Shown here in pieces: positions 33,208 to 46,440 of a stretch of DNA of 64,000 bases (position 1 is its first letter; the number at the start of each line of letters is the position of its first letter). Under the pieces are notes generated by a model. That model did no database searches, was not told the DNA's origin, and worked only from the letters and a program-made list of their open reading frames with translations. The DNA lies in the NCBI RefSeq assembly GCF_006345805.1, contig NC_042999.1, positions 149,730,001 to 149,794,000 on the forward strand, in the 5' to 3' direction. The position numbers were made by a program, and so were the translations under genes. This stretch comes from Octopus sinensis (Eukaryota).

Positions 33208-34671
33208 CAGACAACTCAGGAAGGTGGAGGAACAAGCCGAATGTCCAGTGTTGTGGGACACTGACGGATGGCCCTGTTAAGTTGCTGGGAGTCTGGTTTG
33301 GACCGGACTCCCAAACGGGAAGAAACTGGAGCGAGGTGACGGGCAAGGTGGAGGCCATAATACGGACTGGTCCGGAAGTCTCTGTCCTTGAAAGAAGGGC
33401 GGAGGTGTGCAGATGTTATTGCATCCGTAATCACCTACCGCTGACCTCGTCCTTGCCCGACTCATGGCTTACAAGTTGGAACGAGCCCTCTTCCGCTTTT
33501 TGTGGAAGGAGGAAAGCCACTTGTGAGACGCTCCGTGTTGCTGTCAAGAACCGTTAAAGGGTGGGTTAGGGATGCCTTGGTTGATGATGCGCAGACATGC
33601 GTTGAGACTAAGACAATCTGGCACCACCTGAAGGTGATAAGGTGTGGAGTCCGTTGGCAGAGGGATTTTTTCCGAGACCGGCCTCCTAGTTAATTTTAAA
33701 CCCGGTACATCAGAAGATGCAATCTGACTCCATGGCAAAAGGAGTGCCGACAGGCACTCACGTGATCCCAGGAACGGGCAAGGCCGGCTGCGGAAATACC
33801 ACCTCGGTATTGTATAGAGGGCTGGTAGAAGGAAAAACGATGACGTCCTAGGAGGGGCTCTGGGGTTTGATGAAAAACCAGCTTGCCAATCTGTTAAGAA
33901 AAACGTTCAGGTCAGGGTATTTGGATATTTCCAAAGATCCCTGGCTTGGCAGTGCACAGGAATGCTTTACCTGTTCGCGAAAAGTTATCACGGCACGGAG
34001 TTCCAGTGCCACGACGTGTCCAAGATGCGGGCTGGACGATGAAAAGTTCAGCACGCTTTTTTTCATTGTCGGAAGTTGGAACGACTTGATAAGTACGCAG
34101 AACCACGTGTTATGCATCTGGGACGAGTACAGCTGTCGGATGAGTCTATGATTAAGATGATACCGCCAACTGGACTCTCGAAGGAAGGTGAGGCATTTTC
34201 ACTGCCGGTTGCAGTGGTAAAGGAATGCATGTGGAGAACGAGAATGGAAGGAACCGCGACAGGGACGTTTGTCTCCGGGCCGGCTTGCTCACCTACTCAG
34301 AATTATCATTGAGAAGCAAGATGGGACTGGAGAGGATGACCCTGCCGCGGGGAGTGTAGCGAATAGATGGAAGGAAGTGGAAAGAAAGGTGGGTACGAGA
34401 AGGCCAGCTTGACCATGGAGGAGAGAGAGGAAGTGGAAGCTGCAGGGCCTCAACAATTGCCGGGGTGTGAAAGCTCTAGTAAAATCACAAAGGTCAGATA
34501 CAAGTGTTTGTAACACTAGTTACGCAAAAACTATTACTTACAACGAATACAACGAAACTTTTTTTAATCGATTCTTTAATTTTTCGTATGTATGTATGTC
34601 CTGTATTCGTCCTTCTATGTATTAATTTTTATAAATTGTAATAAAGAGATACAGACAACTCAGGAAGGTGG
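33208..34671 (+). mobile_element. 5'-truncated Tx1/L1-clade LINE (ORF2 C-terminal half) with a perfect 20-bp TSD
   Basis: TSD cagacaactcaggaaggtgg at 33208-33227 and 34652-34671. Protein motifs GPVKLLGVWFG...NWSEVTGKV, FLWKGGKPLVRRSV...GGLGMP and CPRCG..DE...HC across frameshifts. AATAAA sits just before the right TSD. Confidence 0.85.
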
Positions 34672-34989
34672 CTATGACAGATGGCGCATATAGATGACAA
34701 GAACTTTCGTTGCTACGAATATAGCACAAGTGTTTCCAGTTATACTGGGCAAGCCGCATATTGCCATACCAACAGCTTGCCGTAAACGCCAAGTATTATA
34801 TTTCTCCTATTATGTAATTATTGCTGTAGTTATCTGCAAAAGGCCAACACAGATTGTCTTTATGTGCGATAATAAAATCTGTTAAAGATTCGTAGTGTTG
34901 TTCAGTTACTTCTTCACGCAATCCAAAATCTTATTTTCATTCATTAACTCGACCATCTACCACAACAGCCAACAACAACACACACGACA

Positions 34990-35915
34990 GGCTTATATTC
35001 CCAGTTATACCATATATTCTGTACAAGTTAACAACCATACTACAAACTGTAACATTCAGTGCTGAATCGTATGGTGCACTCTGGCAATCTGGACATATTG
35101 CACTCTTTCTACTGCCGAATTTCTTTTTGTGTAACTCGCTAATTCAGGTAGTGACAACAGCAGAAGTAAGGAAGGTGGTCTCGGTCTCCATGCATCAGTT
35201 GCTTTTACTCTACCTTTATTGTTCGTAATGTGCAAACCAGCAATGAGATGCACATCACAAACAATAGCTTTAAGAGCTCTAGAGTGTTGAATATGTGTTT
35301 GAAGTGGGGTTTTCATGCGGTGCTAGGGACTGTGGGGTCTGATGCTTTGTGCAGCAACTAACTGCGCCCCTCGCATATCTAGGTTATCTTTCATGTACAC
35401 CTAGACATGTACAGCCTGTTGTAATATGTTGTGCGCTGTTTTGCGTTCTTTGTAGTTTGTTCTGGTTTGTTACAATGCGAGATTGGGAGCCCAGATCGGA
35501 CTAGCGAAGTCTATGCTAGATCAAATGTGTCTTTAGTTGACCAATTTTGGTTCCCGTCATTGTGCGTTGCTTAGCTTTATTTAAAGTTTTCTGTATATGT
35601 TGTGAATGTTGGGAAAGAGTTGCATAAAACTTCTAATATTTTTGCCGTGTGAAAGTGTGATATACTTATAGTATTGAGTGTAACAGTTAACGGTATTTGA
35701 TATTCTCTGGCGTTACTTTTCAGAAGGGAAACGATAGATTTGGTAGGTGTTATTTTAAGTCGGTTGTTTTGGGGTCACGTTTCTAAGTAATTTTTGTAAC
35801 TTTGGAGCAGTTGTGCATTAATGCTTGGGGAATGGTGGGAAATTGCAAGAGTTATGTTGTCTGCGTATGAGGCTGTAATGTTTCGTAGAAATTTGTTAAG
35901 GTTGTGTAAGTCTAA
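34990..35915 (-). mobile_element. Decayed I/Ingi/Jockey-like LINE reverse-transcriptase fragment
   Basis: The minus strand reads SYADNITL...NRLKITPTKS...KILEV, then DFASPIWAPNL and KLQRTQNSAQHITTGC, with stops. Confidence 0.6.
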
Positions 35916-36588
35916 AAAGTAGGTGAGAGAACAGATCCCTGCCGTACGTCATTTGGGAAATGCCATGTTTTGTATGCGTTGTTCTTGCACACCACATAAA
36001 CTTGGCAGTCTGACACAATTTGCTGGCCAGCATTTTGTATTGAATATTTTTGTAGACGTGATTGTGTGGTGAAAAGTTTGCTTCCCAACCACATGGTTCC
36101 GGGTTCAGTCCCACTACGTTGCACAGCCTCGGGCCGACCAAAGCCTTCTTAGTGGATTTAATAGGCGGAAATTGAAAGAAGCCTGTCGTACTATGCGCGC
36201 ATGTTTGTTTGTTTGTGTGTGTGTGTGTGTGTGTGTCTGTCTGTTTCTCCCACCTCCGCTTGACAACCGATGCTGGTGTGTTTACGTCCCCGTAATTTAG
36301 CGGTTCGGCAGAGGGATCAATAGAATAAGCACCAGGCTTGAGAAATAAGTACTGATTTCGATTCGTTCGACTAAAATCCTTCAAGACGGTGCCCCAGCAT
36401 GGCCGCAGTACAATGATTTAATCAAATAAAGGATAAAAGACGAATGACAAATGGCAAATGAAATCAAAACCTCTGCTGCTGTCGATGGTGGTTAGAATGG
36501 TATGTCTGGGATGGGGGTTTTTTATGTGGAAAAAGTATGTATTTTTATGGTCTGAATCTGTATTAGGATTTGGTGAAGGGGATGCGTG

Positions 36589-36754
36589 CAGGGCCGGCAT
36601 TATGGTTACTGACACCCCGGGAAAGCTAAACTTCGGCGTGTACAAGCTGACGGTCGTGGAAATTTCCTTGTCTTTGTCTCGCCGTCCTTGGCGTCCCCTA
36701 GCACATGGCGCCCCAGGCGATTGCTCGAGTTGCCGGTATCTTGAGCCAGCCCTG
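36589..36754. mobile_element. hAT-type MITE
   Basis: TIRs cagggccggc / gccagccctg; flanks gatgcgtg / gttgtgtg form a degenerate 8-bp TSD (6/8). Confidence 0.6.
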
Positions 36755-39019
36755 GTTGTGTGTGGATTTGTGATGTAAAGGATTAGCTTAGCCTTTACGG
36801 AATTTTCTAGAGTGTACGCAGGAAGCTAGTGTGTCTTACATGATGTTAGCTCATTTTGGATTTTATTGAACTTTAAAATTGCTTCAATTTTCTCCAGTTC
36901 CTGTTGCTATGAGTAGTTGTAGATGTTGATAAGTGCCGTGTTTTCTTCATAGGACCATCCTTGTGATGCAGTCTTTGTTTTATTGAGTATGTGTGTCCAC
37001 TAGGAAAGAGCTTCCATGAATTTGACGCTTAACATTTGTAGCTACCTTCATGGTCTTAGTGGTGTACTGTCTAAATTTAACGGGATGGCTGAAACTGATT
37101 ATTATTTTTTTAAATCTACTTTTCGTTTCTCTATATTAATTGTCCATTTCATAGATCAGTGCATTCCATTAATATTTATCTTTACTCTCCAAGCACTGAA
37201 AAATATATATTTCTATCAGTACCGCTTTGGGAATTATAAGCATTCGACAAGGAAATTATATTTTCTATAAATTGATTTCTTCTATAGGAATAATGTTTCA
37301 GATTGTTAAGAAAATCTGAAATTTTGGATGCTCCAAAATATATTTTTATTTTATCTTATTTTTATTCTGTCATTAACTTTCTCGTGACTCAACTCTATGA
37401 AACGAGATTCTTTCAATTGGGTCGAAACCAATTCTATCCAAAAGGTGGTACTATTCTCAATGGTGCTCGTCTACTTTCCAGTTTCAGACAAAATATTTTA
37501 CCATGAAAGCTAATTATAATCTTGTACCAAGAATATTGCCTAACGGATCTTAAATGGCAACGGAGAATTCATTTATAACAAATGAAGTTTCTTTTTATTC
37601 ACAGAAATTAGTTGAACAGTTCATGCGTAATTGTATGCACATATTTCAAAGTTAAACATAGTGTATTTAGACAGTAACTTAGGTATTCGTCCTACATTGC
37701 TTGCAAAGTATTGTTGTTCAATTCGCTTTTCTTTCATAGCATTTTAGCAATGCTTTTCTTTCCCTTCTTAATGTACAGAGCGGGTGGTGGATGGTGGAAT
37801 CAGCGCGTCAGGAATGTTGCAGTATTAAAATCTCTTATTATGTTTGTGTTCAAATCCCATCATGATTAGGTTTGTCTCATTCAACCAGAGTCGATAAGAT
37901 AAATACCATTTAAACCCCGAAGTCGATTTAATTGACTATGTCCTCCTCCAAATTTAAGGCCTCTAGAAATCAATACCGTACAAAAAAGAGAAGGGAAATG
38001 TAGTTAAAGCATAATCAGCTGTGACCCAGAAGCTCCATCATTTTTTCATAAGCAACCGTGTGAAGAGAATCGGTTGCTGACATCGTCACCAAACTTAAAC
38101 ATCCTATCGATATCGTAGAGTCATTAATACATTACTTTATCGACCCTAAAGACACCAAAACCGAAATTTTCATTGCAGGATTTCTTTTTTCTTTTTGTTT
38201 GTTTATTTATTTCCCCTTTTCATTATATTCATGTTCTCAAAGGCAAGCTAGCAGAGTTGTTAGCACACCGCGAAAAACGAGAAACAGCATTCCATCTGTC
38301 TCTACGTTCTGCATTCAAATTCCTTCGAAGTCGGCTTTGCATTTCATCCTTTCGGAATCGATGAAATAAATACCTGTTTAGCATTGGGCCAATGTAATCG
38401 ACCAACCTCGTCCTCATAAATTCCAGGACTTGTTCCTATGGTAGAAAGGATTATCTTTTTATGTTGCCTTGTAGAAGCGTTAACGTGTCGGACAGAATAT
38501 TTAGTGACATTTCTTCTGATTCTTTACGTTTTGGGTTTCAGTTCTACCCACCGAAATCGACTTTGCCTTTCATCCTTTCGGAGTCGTGAGTACCAGTTGA
38601 ACATTGGGGTCGATATAATCGACCTATTCTCCACCTTAAAGTTGCTGGACTTGTGCCAAAATTTGAAACTTATTTTCATGTTCCCTCCATCAAATATGGT
38701 GACACATCTAAACATTTATAACATGAACGAGATTTTTAACTCGCAACCCCAAGACATATCTCGTACTCAGCGTACCAAAGTACGGTTCATTTAATAATTT
38801 CTCTATCGGCAAATATCATTCTTGAAGGCACTATGCTAACTACCAACAAACGAGCCTTTGTTGACCTGCTAGAAATAACTAACTAAATCTCCCTTAAAAC
38901 ACGTCCTACCTTCACTGTTCCGTCTAAACCGTGCGCTTGTGTACATGTACACGTTTTACAATTAAAGGAAAAAAATGTGCATACATAAAGTTTTTAAGAT
39001 GAAATCAGATTTTTGGATA

Positions 39020-39392
39020 AGAAGAAATCTGAGCGCTGGTAACCCGTATGAATGTGTATATGGAGGAGAAGACCTCTTCGGTCATGAATGACCATTGGAT
39101 TGCACCTAGAAAGTTACTCTCCCGGGCACAAGTCCGGGCAAGGTTGTTTGTGGAAGGCCAGCAGTCGCCCATGCATACCAGCCACACCACTGATGTTATC
39201 CAAGGAAAAGGCAAGGGCCGATACAGCTTGGCACCAGTGATGTCGCAACTCATTTCTACAGCTGAGTTAACTGGAGCAACGTGAAATAAAGTGTCTTGCT
39301 CAAGAACACAACACGCACTCCGGTCCGGGAATCGAACTCACATCTCACGATCGTAAGCTCGTCGCTCCAACCACTAAGCCATGCGCCTTCAG
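39020..39392 (-). mobile_element. SINE family E (tRNA head plus CORE-like block); second copy at ~43010-43334
   Basis: Reverse complement gaaggcgcatggcttagtgg...gagttcgattccc...ttcttgagcaagacactttatttcacgttgctccag; the two copies align. Confidence 0.8.
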
Positions 39393-40541
39393 AATGTGTA
39401 TATACTTAGTGGAAAACTTTGCTCACAATAGAAATTTCTGCTCAAAATGCAACAAAAATTAGTTTGAACCTTACATAACGCCTTAAATAAGGAAAATGAC
39501 ACATTGATTGTATAGTCGTTGAATAATCCTAAAAAATACACGATATCGTGATTGGATTACCGTTGATCATAGGTCTGCTCAGTCTTGGCTGACCAAGGCT
39601 AAAAAATTATGAATCATAATCCCGCTGTTGGAATTATAAAAACGCAGACAAGAATGCATTGTTGCCCTGAAGCTAATCGGAGAATTTTAAAAAGAAGACT
39701 TTGCTAAATAGCGGATGTTACTAAAACAGAAAAGTCCCGCAAGTTATAAGAATATAACCGCCAAATAATTTTACTTATATTATCTTGTTCTGAAACTGTA
39801 TCACTAAGATTAAAATCATTGATATTAATCAAAAATGCGCATTTGTATATGGGTTTTTTTCTTCCTTTTATTGTATAGCCTCTATAACCTTAGGCCAGCT
39901 TTGATCAACAAAGGCATTTTCATCACGTTTTTGTTACGCTTTTTTTTGTTTACGTATAATGTATCCGAGACTATCTTTTATGCGGTAGGTGTGATTTGAG
40001 GTAGATTTTCAGTAAACACGGCTTTAGGGTATTTTATAAGGTTGTATTTAAATATGACAAATTTATGAGAAATCTTACTGTCATGAGACTGGATGTCTCC
40101 GCCTTCTTGTTTCATTATTATTATTATAAGGCATGAATAATTCATGCTACATGATTTTCTTGATACTCACTTAAAATACTTCGTTTTCCTATGCTTGTTT
40201 GTTTAAATTTATATAAACATCTGATATGTGTTAAGTAAATTAGTTTTTGATCAGGGTTGACCTTGGGCTAAACACTTCGATAGTCACAAAACTCTTCAAA
40301 CAAGACATTGAATGGAAGTATTTTGCGGAAGACAAGATTTACCCCATTCGGTTTTAATGAACGGCATTTTAAACAAAAATACAGAGTAATATTTATTTTT
40401 CTACGTCATATAGACGTGGCCGTGTCGTAAGCTTTGCTTTTCAACCGTATGGTTCCGGGTTGGGTCGGCACGGTCCCAGGAATTTTTCGAAGGGAGGGCA
40501 CAGGGTCAGAAGGGAATACAATTCCAGGAGAAAATGGGGCA

Positions 40542-41122
40542 AGACTTCCGCCCGTCCCCACACCCAAACCACCCTTTTTTTAAATGTTTCTTTTTTTCGA
40601 CACAAATCCCACCTTTTCGGCTACGCGGAATACGAATCTGCAAAAGAATTGACAAAAATCGGCATTTTTATATTAACCCATCCCCCCACCCCATTTCCAG
40701 CATCTTTTTACATTTTTCAGAATTTTTTTTTTTTTTCAAAATATGCGGAAAAATACGAAGATTATGATTCTGAAAAATATTTCCAAATATTTTTGTAAAA
40801 TTTTTTTTTTAAGAATTATTTTTTTCTAAATATGCGGAAAAATACGGACATTATAATTCGGACAAAAATTTCAAAACATTTCTGTAGTTACGGTTAGGGT
40901 TTTAGGGTTAGGGTTAGGGTTAGGGTTTTAGAATTAGGATTAGTGTGGGGAGAAAAAGTCAAAATTGAAGAATTTGGGAGAGAAAGGGGTGGGGGGATTT
41001 AATGATGCCGATTTTTGTCAATTTTCTGGAACCTTCGTATTCGAAAACAGGGGGTTTGGGCAAGAAAAAATTTTAAAACAAACAAATTTGGGAGAAAATG
41101 GGGCAGGGACAGGCGGAAGTCT
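40542..41122. mobile_element. Long-TIR foldback element containing five TTAGGG units
   Basis: agacttccgcccgtccc / gggacaggcggaagtct and attgacaaaaatcggcat / atgccgatttttgtcaat are inverted pairs; TTAGGG x5 at 40894-40925. Confidence 0.6.
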
Positions 41123-43831
41123 TTCTGAAAATGGTGTAAGTGAATGACTCAAGGGCCACAAGTTTTCTGCATTAGCACTTAACAAGCTGGTTTCAAGTAA
41201 AGGGGATTACACTTACATTGACCAGTTAAATTCTCTGGATTGTTCTAGACTCATCATTTTCATTTAACGCCCATTTCCATGCTGGCTTGGGTCGGACATG
41301 TGATCAGAGCAAACAAGACCAGGAGCTGCACCAAGTTCCATAGTCTGTTTTGACATGGTTTCTACAGCTGGATGCCCTTCCTCATGCCAACCACTTTACA
41401 GAGTGCACTAGGTGCTTTTTATTTGGTACCAGTACCAGAGTTTTTTTTATATGGAACTGGCACCAGTGCTTTTTATGATGCACCAGCACCAGTACTTTTA
41501 ATGTGATATCATCAAAAACTATTACAAGATCATGTGAATAATGTGTATCGTTTTCAATTCAATAATGAATATATAAGTAAGGAAACTTATGACTAATAGT
41601 ATTGATTTATAACATTAGTAGATGGTTTACACGTTTTGGGATTGGCTTGTAATTGATTAAGTTACTCCCAGTATTTGGTTGGTATTTATCATTACATTGA
41701 ATCACAGATGGATGACAAGCAAAATTACTTAACTACTTGTTTCTAAAATAGGTACAGGGTTTTTATGGAGGAAGGATAGCATTCACTTATATTAATTTCA
41801 AATTTTGGCACACAAGACCAGTAATTTCAAGGAAAGGATAACTCAATTATAGTGACCCCAGTGCTCAACTGGTATTTTATTTTATCGACCCCAGAAGGAT
41901 GAAAGGCAAAGTCAACTGCAGCAGAATTTGAACTCAGAACATAAAGACAAAGTGCTGCTAAGCAATTTTACCTGGCATGTTAACAATTCTGCCAGCTTGT
42001 TGCCTAAGCATTCACTTATATTGATTATTGTACTTGACTGGCACATCTGTCCTTGTTTATCAAGAGTGCTTGGTTCCAGAAACAACAACAAAACAAAAGA
42101 CTGTTAAATCATCATCATCATCGCTTAATGTCTGCCTGCATGAGTGGAACGGTTTGATAGGAGCCATCCAGGCAAAAGCCTGCACCAGACTTCTGTGACT
42201 GTTTTGGCAGGACTTCAACAGCTGGATGCCCTTCGTAACACCAACCACTCAGCAAAGTGAACTTAGTGCTTTTTACATGGCACAAGCACAGGCAAGGTCA
42301 GTTTTGGCAAGGTTTTTGCAGCTGAATACCCTTCCAAATGCCAACCACTTTACAGTGTAGACTGAGTGCTTTTAAGTGACACCTGTACTGACAGGGTCAC
42401 TAAGTACTTGCAAGACAAAAACAATTACTTCTGAGAGGGGAGGGGGCATTGGAGGAAGTGATGGAGGAAATAGGTTTTGTTCCAAGGCTCCAAGTTGTCC
42501 CCATAACTTATCCAAATAACCCCTCAAAACAATATTAAGCACACATAATTATATGGTCTCACGTTTGGAAATTTACTTAGAGTAAAATTTAATAACAGGT
42601 GAAGGCATGGCTGTGTGGTAAGAGGTGTGCTTCCCAACCATATGTTTCTGGGTTCAGTCCTACTGTGTGATATCTTAGGCAAGTGTCTTTCAGCATTAGC
42701 CACTAGCTGACCAAAGTATTGTGAGTAGATTTGGTTGATGGAAACTGAAAGAAGCCTATTGTGTGTGTGTTTTTCCTCCATCACTGCTTGACAACTGGTT
42801 TTGTTGTGGTTATGCCTTAGCAGTTCAAGGAAAGAAATTGATAGAATAAGTATCAGGCTTAAAAAAAGTACTAGGGTTGGTTTGCTTGACTAAAATTCTT
42901 CAAGGCAGAGTGTCCCAGCATGGCCACAGTCAAATGACTGAAACAAGTAAAAGATAAAAGAACATGCATATAATCAGTAAATAAAAAATATATTGAGGCC
43001 TCCTTTGGTCACAACACTGATCATGGGATTGGACCTAATAAGTTACCCTCCTAGGCACAAGTATGGGCAAGGTATTTTATGGAAGACCAGCAGTCGCCCA
43101 TGCATAGCGCCCCCCCCTCTCCATGCCACCAGTGTTATCCAAGGGAAAGGCAAAGGCCGATACAGCCTGACACCTGTGACGTCACAACTCATTTCTACAG
43201 CTGAGTGAACTGGAGCAACGTGAAATAAAGTGTCTTGCTCAAGAACACAACATGCAGCCCGGTCCGGGATTTGAGCTCACAACCTCCCAATTGTAAGCTC
43301 GATTCTCTAACCACTGAGCCATGCGCCTTCACTAAAAAAAATATATATAGCTGAAAAATATCGTAACTAATATCTTTGACTGATTGCCAATCCATGTTAT
43401 CACAAACCAATTTGTCATAAGCATAACGCAGAAAACAAATGAGCATATCATGTTATATGAGACTGGTGATGATTGAATTAGTGATAATTGAGGATAGATG
43501 TACTTTAATTCATTGTCCTGCCACCTTCCCAGAGGGATGAAAGTAAAGTTGACCTTGGCAGGCTTTGAACTCAGAATGTATAGAATTATAACTAAAAATA
43601 GCACGGCATTTTTCCTAATGCTTTAATTAACTACGAATCCACTGCCAAACAACATTAAGCTATTATTTACATAGATATTTAAATAATTGTTACTGTGTTA
43701 AAACACTACAATACCCAATGTTTATCTATTGTGTTTTTCTTTCTTTTATTCATGCTGGTAGAGTTCTTAAGTGATATACACTTAATTATTGCTTAACATT
43801 TTAAACAATGTATGCTTTGTTTGCTTTTCAG

Positions 43832-43981
43832 GAAGTCCTGCAAAATTATGTTACAGCTGCAGCTATACATACACAAGTACTCGTATTGGAGAAGAATGCC
43901 TGTATGCTCCAATGAATGTATCAACGGCAAACCTTGTGGCTTGTAACTCAAAATGCTATTCAAGGGCTGTTTATACAAGAG
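43832..43981 (+). CDS. Ly6/uPAR-like gene exon 2 (N-half of the LU domain)
   Basis: Acceptor ttgcttttcag; (G)SPAKLCYSCSYTYTSTRIGEECLYAPMNVSTANLVACNSKCYSRAVYTR(G); donor gtgcgt; 150 nt, phase 1-1. Confidence 0.88.
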
Positions 43982-44082
43982 GTGCGTAACCATTTAATAA
44001 TTTGCTGGTGAAATGTAGAACTAGGTTAATCTTTAGAAAAGAAATATTATATAACTAATGTTAGTAATTGTCCTAGCATAAT

Positions 44083-44297
44083 TTAACCCTTTTAATACCA
44101 ATCTGCTAGAGATCACCCCTGCTTCTCTGTTACACTCCTACTGTTTTAAAGTGCTTTAAACTAAAACCCTCTATCAAAATATCATGTTAATTTATGAACC
44201 AAATGGTATTTGGTTCATAATTCTTCATTAATTACAAACTCAATTGAAACAAAAAGGGTACAGTATTTCATCAGAACTAGTGTAACAAAAAGGTTAA
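44083..44297. mobile_element. piggyBac-type MITE (TTAA-bounded); decayed relatives at ~51320-51570 and ~53447-53615
   Basis: ttaa-ccctttt...aaaaagg-ttaa ends; shared internal ccatcaaaat..catgttaatttat block. Confidence 0.55.
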
Positions 44298-44549
44298 GAT
44301 CTAAATAGGAAATGGTTTGGTGATTGGGGTAAGAATTAAATATTGAATTACAGGAATTGAGAGTTAAGTTTAGTAGGAAATGATTTCAATCAACTAATGA
44401 CTGACTATGTATTTATTATTCTATAATGTTATAGAAAAAGACCTTAAGTTTAGGTATAGATTTATCCAGAAAGTTTTTGCTATTAATGCCTATGTTAGAT
44501 TTTGGGGCAGTCAGATGAGGTACATACTATTAAAATTACAGTTTTTACA

Positions 44550-45982
44550 GTATTATTATTTTCTTTTTAACACAGGTTTTGTTGGAGCCCCTGGAGTCTT
44601 GCATGCATAATGGGCTTGCTACCTGCAGCCTACAGTACCATGCTATTAGTTCTTTTTCAGCTATCAAATATTTTTCTGATTATTCTGGCTACACCAAGGA
44701 GGCAGACCTTTTGCAACAGTTCTACTGGGCACCCTATTCCAATTTCTTTTATATTCCCCTTGATACCTTCTGATACTGTTCCCAAGGGCCCAACAATAAT
44801 CGGCACTACCTTCACCTTCTTCATTTTCCATACTTAAAAGCGTTGTATCTATCTATCTTTTCACCTTTCTTCTTGACTATTCGTAGGTCAAAGGAGCATG
44901 CAACATCAACTATATAGCACATGTGGTGCACCTTGCCCACCACCACTTAGTCTGGTCTGTTATGCTCTAGCACCTGATCTGTTTGGATTGGGAAATCCCA
45001 GAGGATTTTGCTAGTCTCCGACTCCGCCACTCTCTGCAGTTTGCGCTCATACCATGTCTTGCCTCTCTCTAGCTCCCACTTTTTGCACAGTTTCCAATGT
45101 AGCACTTTCACTACCTGGTCGTGTTGCCACAACTTGTAATGGTTTGGGCAAGTCTAGGGCATTCATTCATGATATGGGAAATGGTTTCATCCACTCTATT
45201 GCAGATGCGGCACAGCAGAGACACTTGCTCATTCCTAAGGTTGACCCTCCAGGTCATGGCCAAAGCTTGGTCTTGCCCTGCCAGTATAGTGCTCTTATTC
45301 TCTTTTTTTAGTGTTCCTTTCATCAGCCAATCCCACCTGTTTTTTCCCACAACTTCTGTTGTGGCTACATAGAATTGATAGTGTAGTCCCTTCTTGCGTA
45401 ATTCTTCATGTCTTTTTTGAACTTCTTCCTTTGTTTTCCCTTTTTTCTCTGCTCTCAATACTTCCTCGTTCCTAACTGTCACTAGCAAGGTTTCCTTACT
45501 TTGGGTTAGGTATCTCATATGAGCTCTCTACTTTGATATGCATGCAGTCTTCCACTTATCAGTCCCCTTCCTCCATTTGCTCTCTTCATGTATAGGCAAT
45601 CAGTGTCTGCACGTGAATGATGGGCTCCATGCATTGTTATGAGTTTTCTTGACTTCCTGACCATCTCCTTTAGCTCCTCCTCTGTCCACTTCCAGCACCA
45701 TACCAAACCACTGCGACTGCACACGAGTTTTATTGCTGAAATTATGTTTCTGGCATTCAGCTTTGAAGCCAAAATTTTTCTCACTCACTGCAAGTACTCT
45801 CTTTTTTTCTTTTCCTTCATGTCGTGATGTTTGATTCCATCTGCCTCAAGTATTCCCAGGTATTTATAACTGTCTTGAGGTTGAATTGCCTTCATTATTT
45901 CACTACTTGGAAACCATATGACTTCTGTCCTGGTAAACTTTCCACATCTTATCACCATCGTAGCACAATTTGAGAGTCCAAG
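44550..45982 (-). mobile_element. 5'-truncated R4/Dong-like LINE (end of RT, CCHC knuckle, RLE domain)
   Basis: LNARNIISAI...RANGGRGLIS; CRICNRVDETISHIMNEC; HDQVVKVLHWKLCKK...KILWDFPIQTDQVLEHNRPD; (TAA)n tail near 44551-44560. Confidence 0.85.
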
Positions 45983-46440
45983 TTATTATTATTATTCAGT
46001 AGTCTTATCATGTGCTTTCACTGCACTACCAAGCACAGCTCTGTGTGCCTTAGGTATGTGCTGTGGTTTGTTGTGATGCTCTTATTTTTACTGTATTGAA
46101 AGTGTTTTATGTAGGATGTGCAGTGCCTAGTAGTGCTATTTTCTGTATGTTATATATACTTGTTAGTCCTGGTGTTTTTGTTATGTATTTGTCTGAATAT
46201 TTTTTATCATACCTTATGCACCTACTATGATAGGAATTGTTTCTGTTTTTAGACCCCACATTCAAGTTACCTCTTTTACCAAATCTTTGTATTTTTAAGT
46301 TTCTCCGTTTCTTTTAGAGAAACATTGTCATCTATTGGTATTGATACATTAATTAGAAAGCATTTTTTTTCTTAGTGATCTCTGACAACTATATCTGGCC
46401 TATTAGCCTTAATTTCTCTAACTGTATGTATTATCATTAT
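45983..46440 (-). mobile_element. Second R4/Dong-like LINE 3' end, in tandem with the previous one
   Basis: Reads ANRPDIVVRD..KKKCFLIDVSIPIDDNVSLKETEKLKKYKDL...IQKIALLGTAH, with a (TAA)n tail at 45983-45996. Confidence 0.8.

Noticed and set aside
35896-36384. 162-aa minus-strand ORF
   Set aside because: It is an antisense read-through of a SINE D copy with a GT microsatellite.
40894-40925. TTAGGG run read as a chromosome end or fusion site
   Set aside because: There are only five units, embedded in an inverted-repeat element inside an intron.
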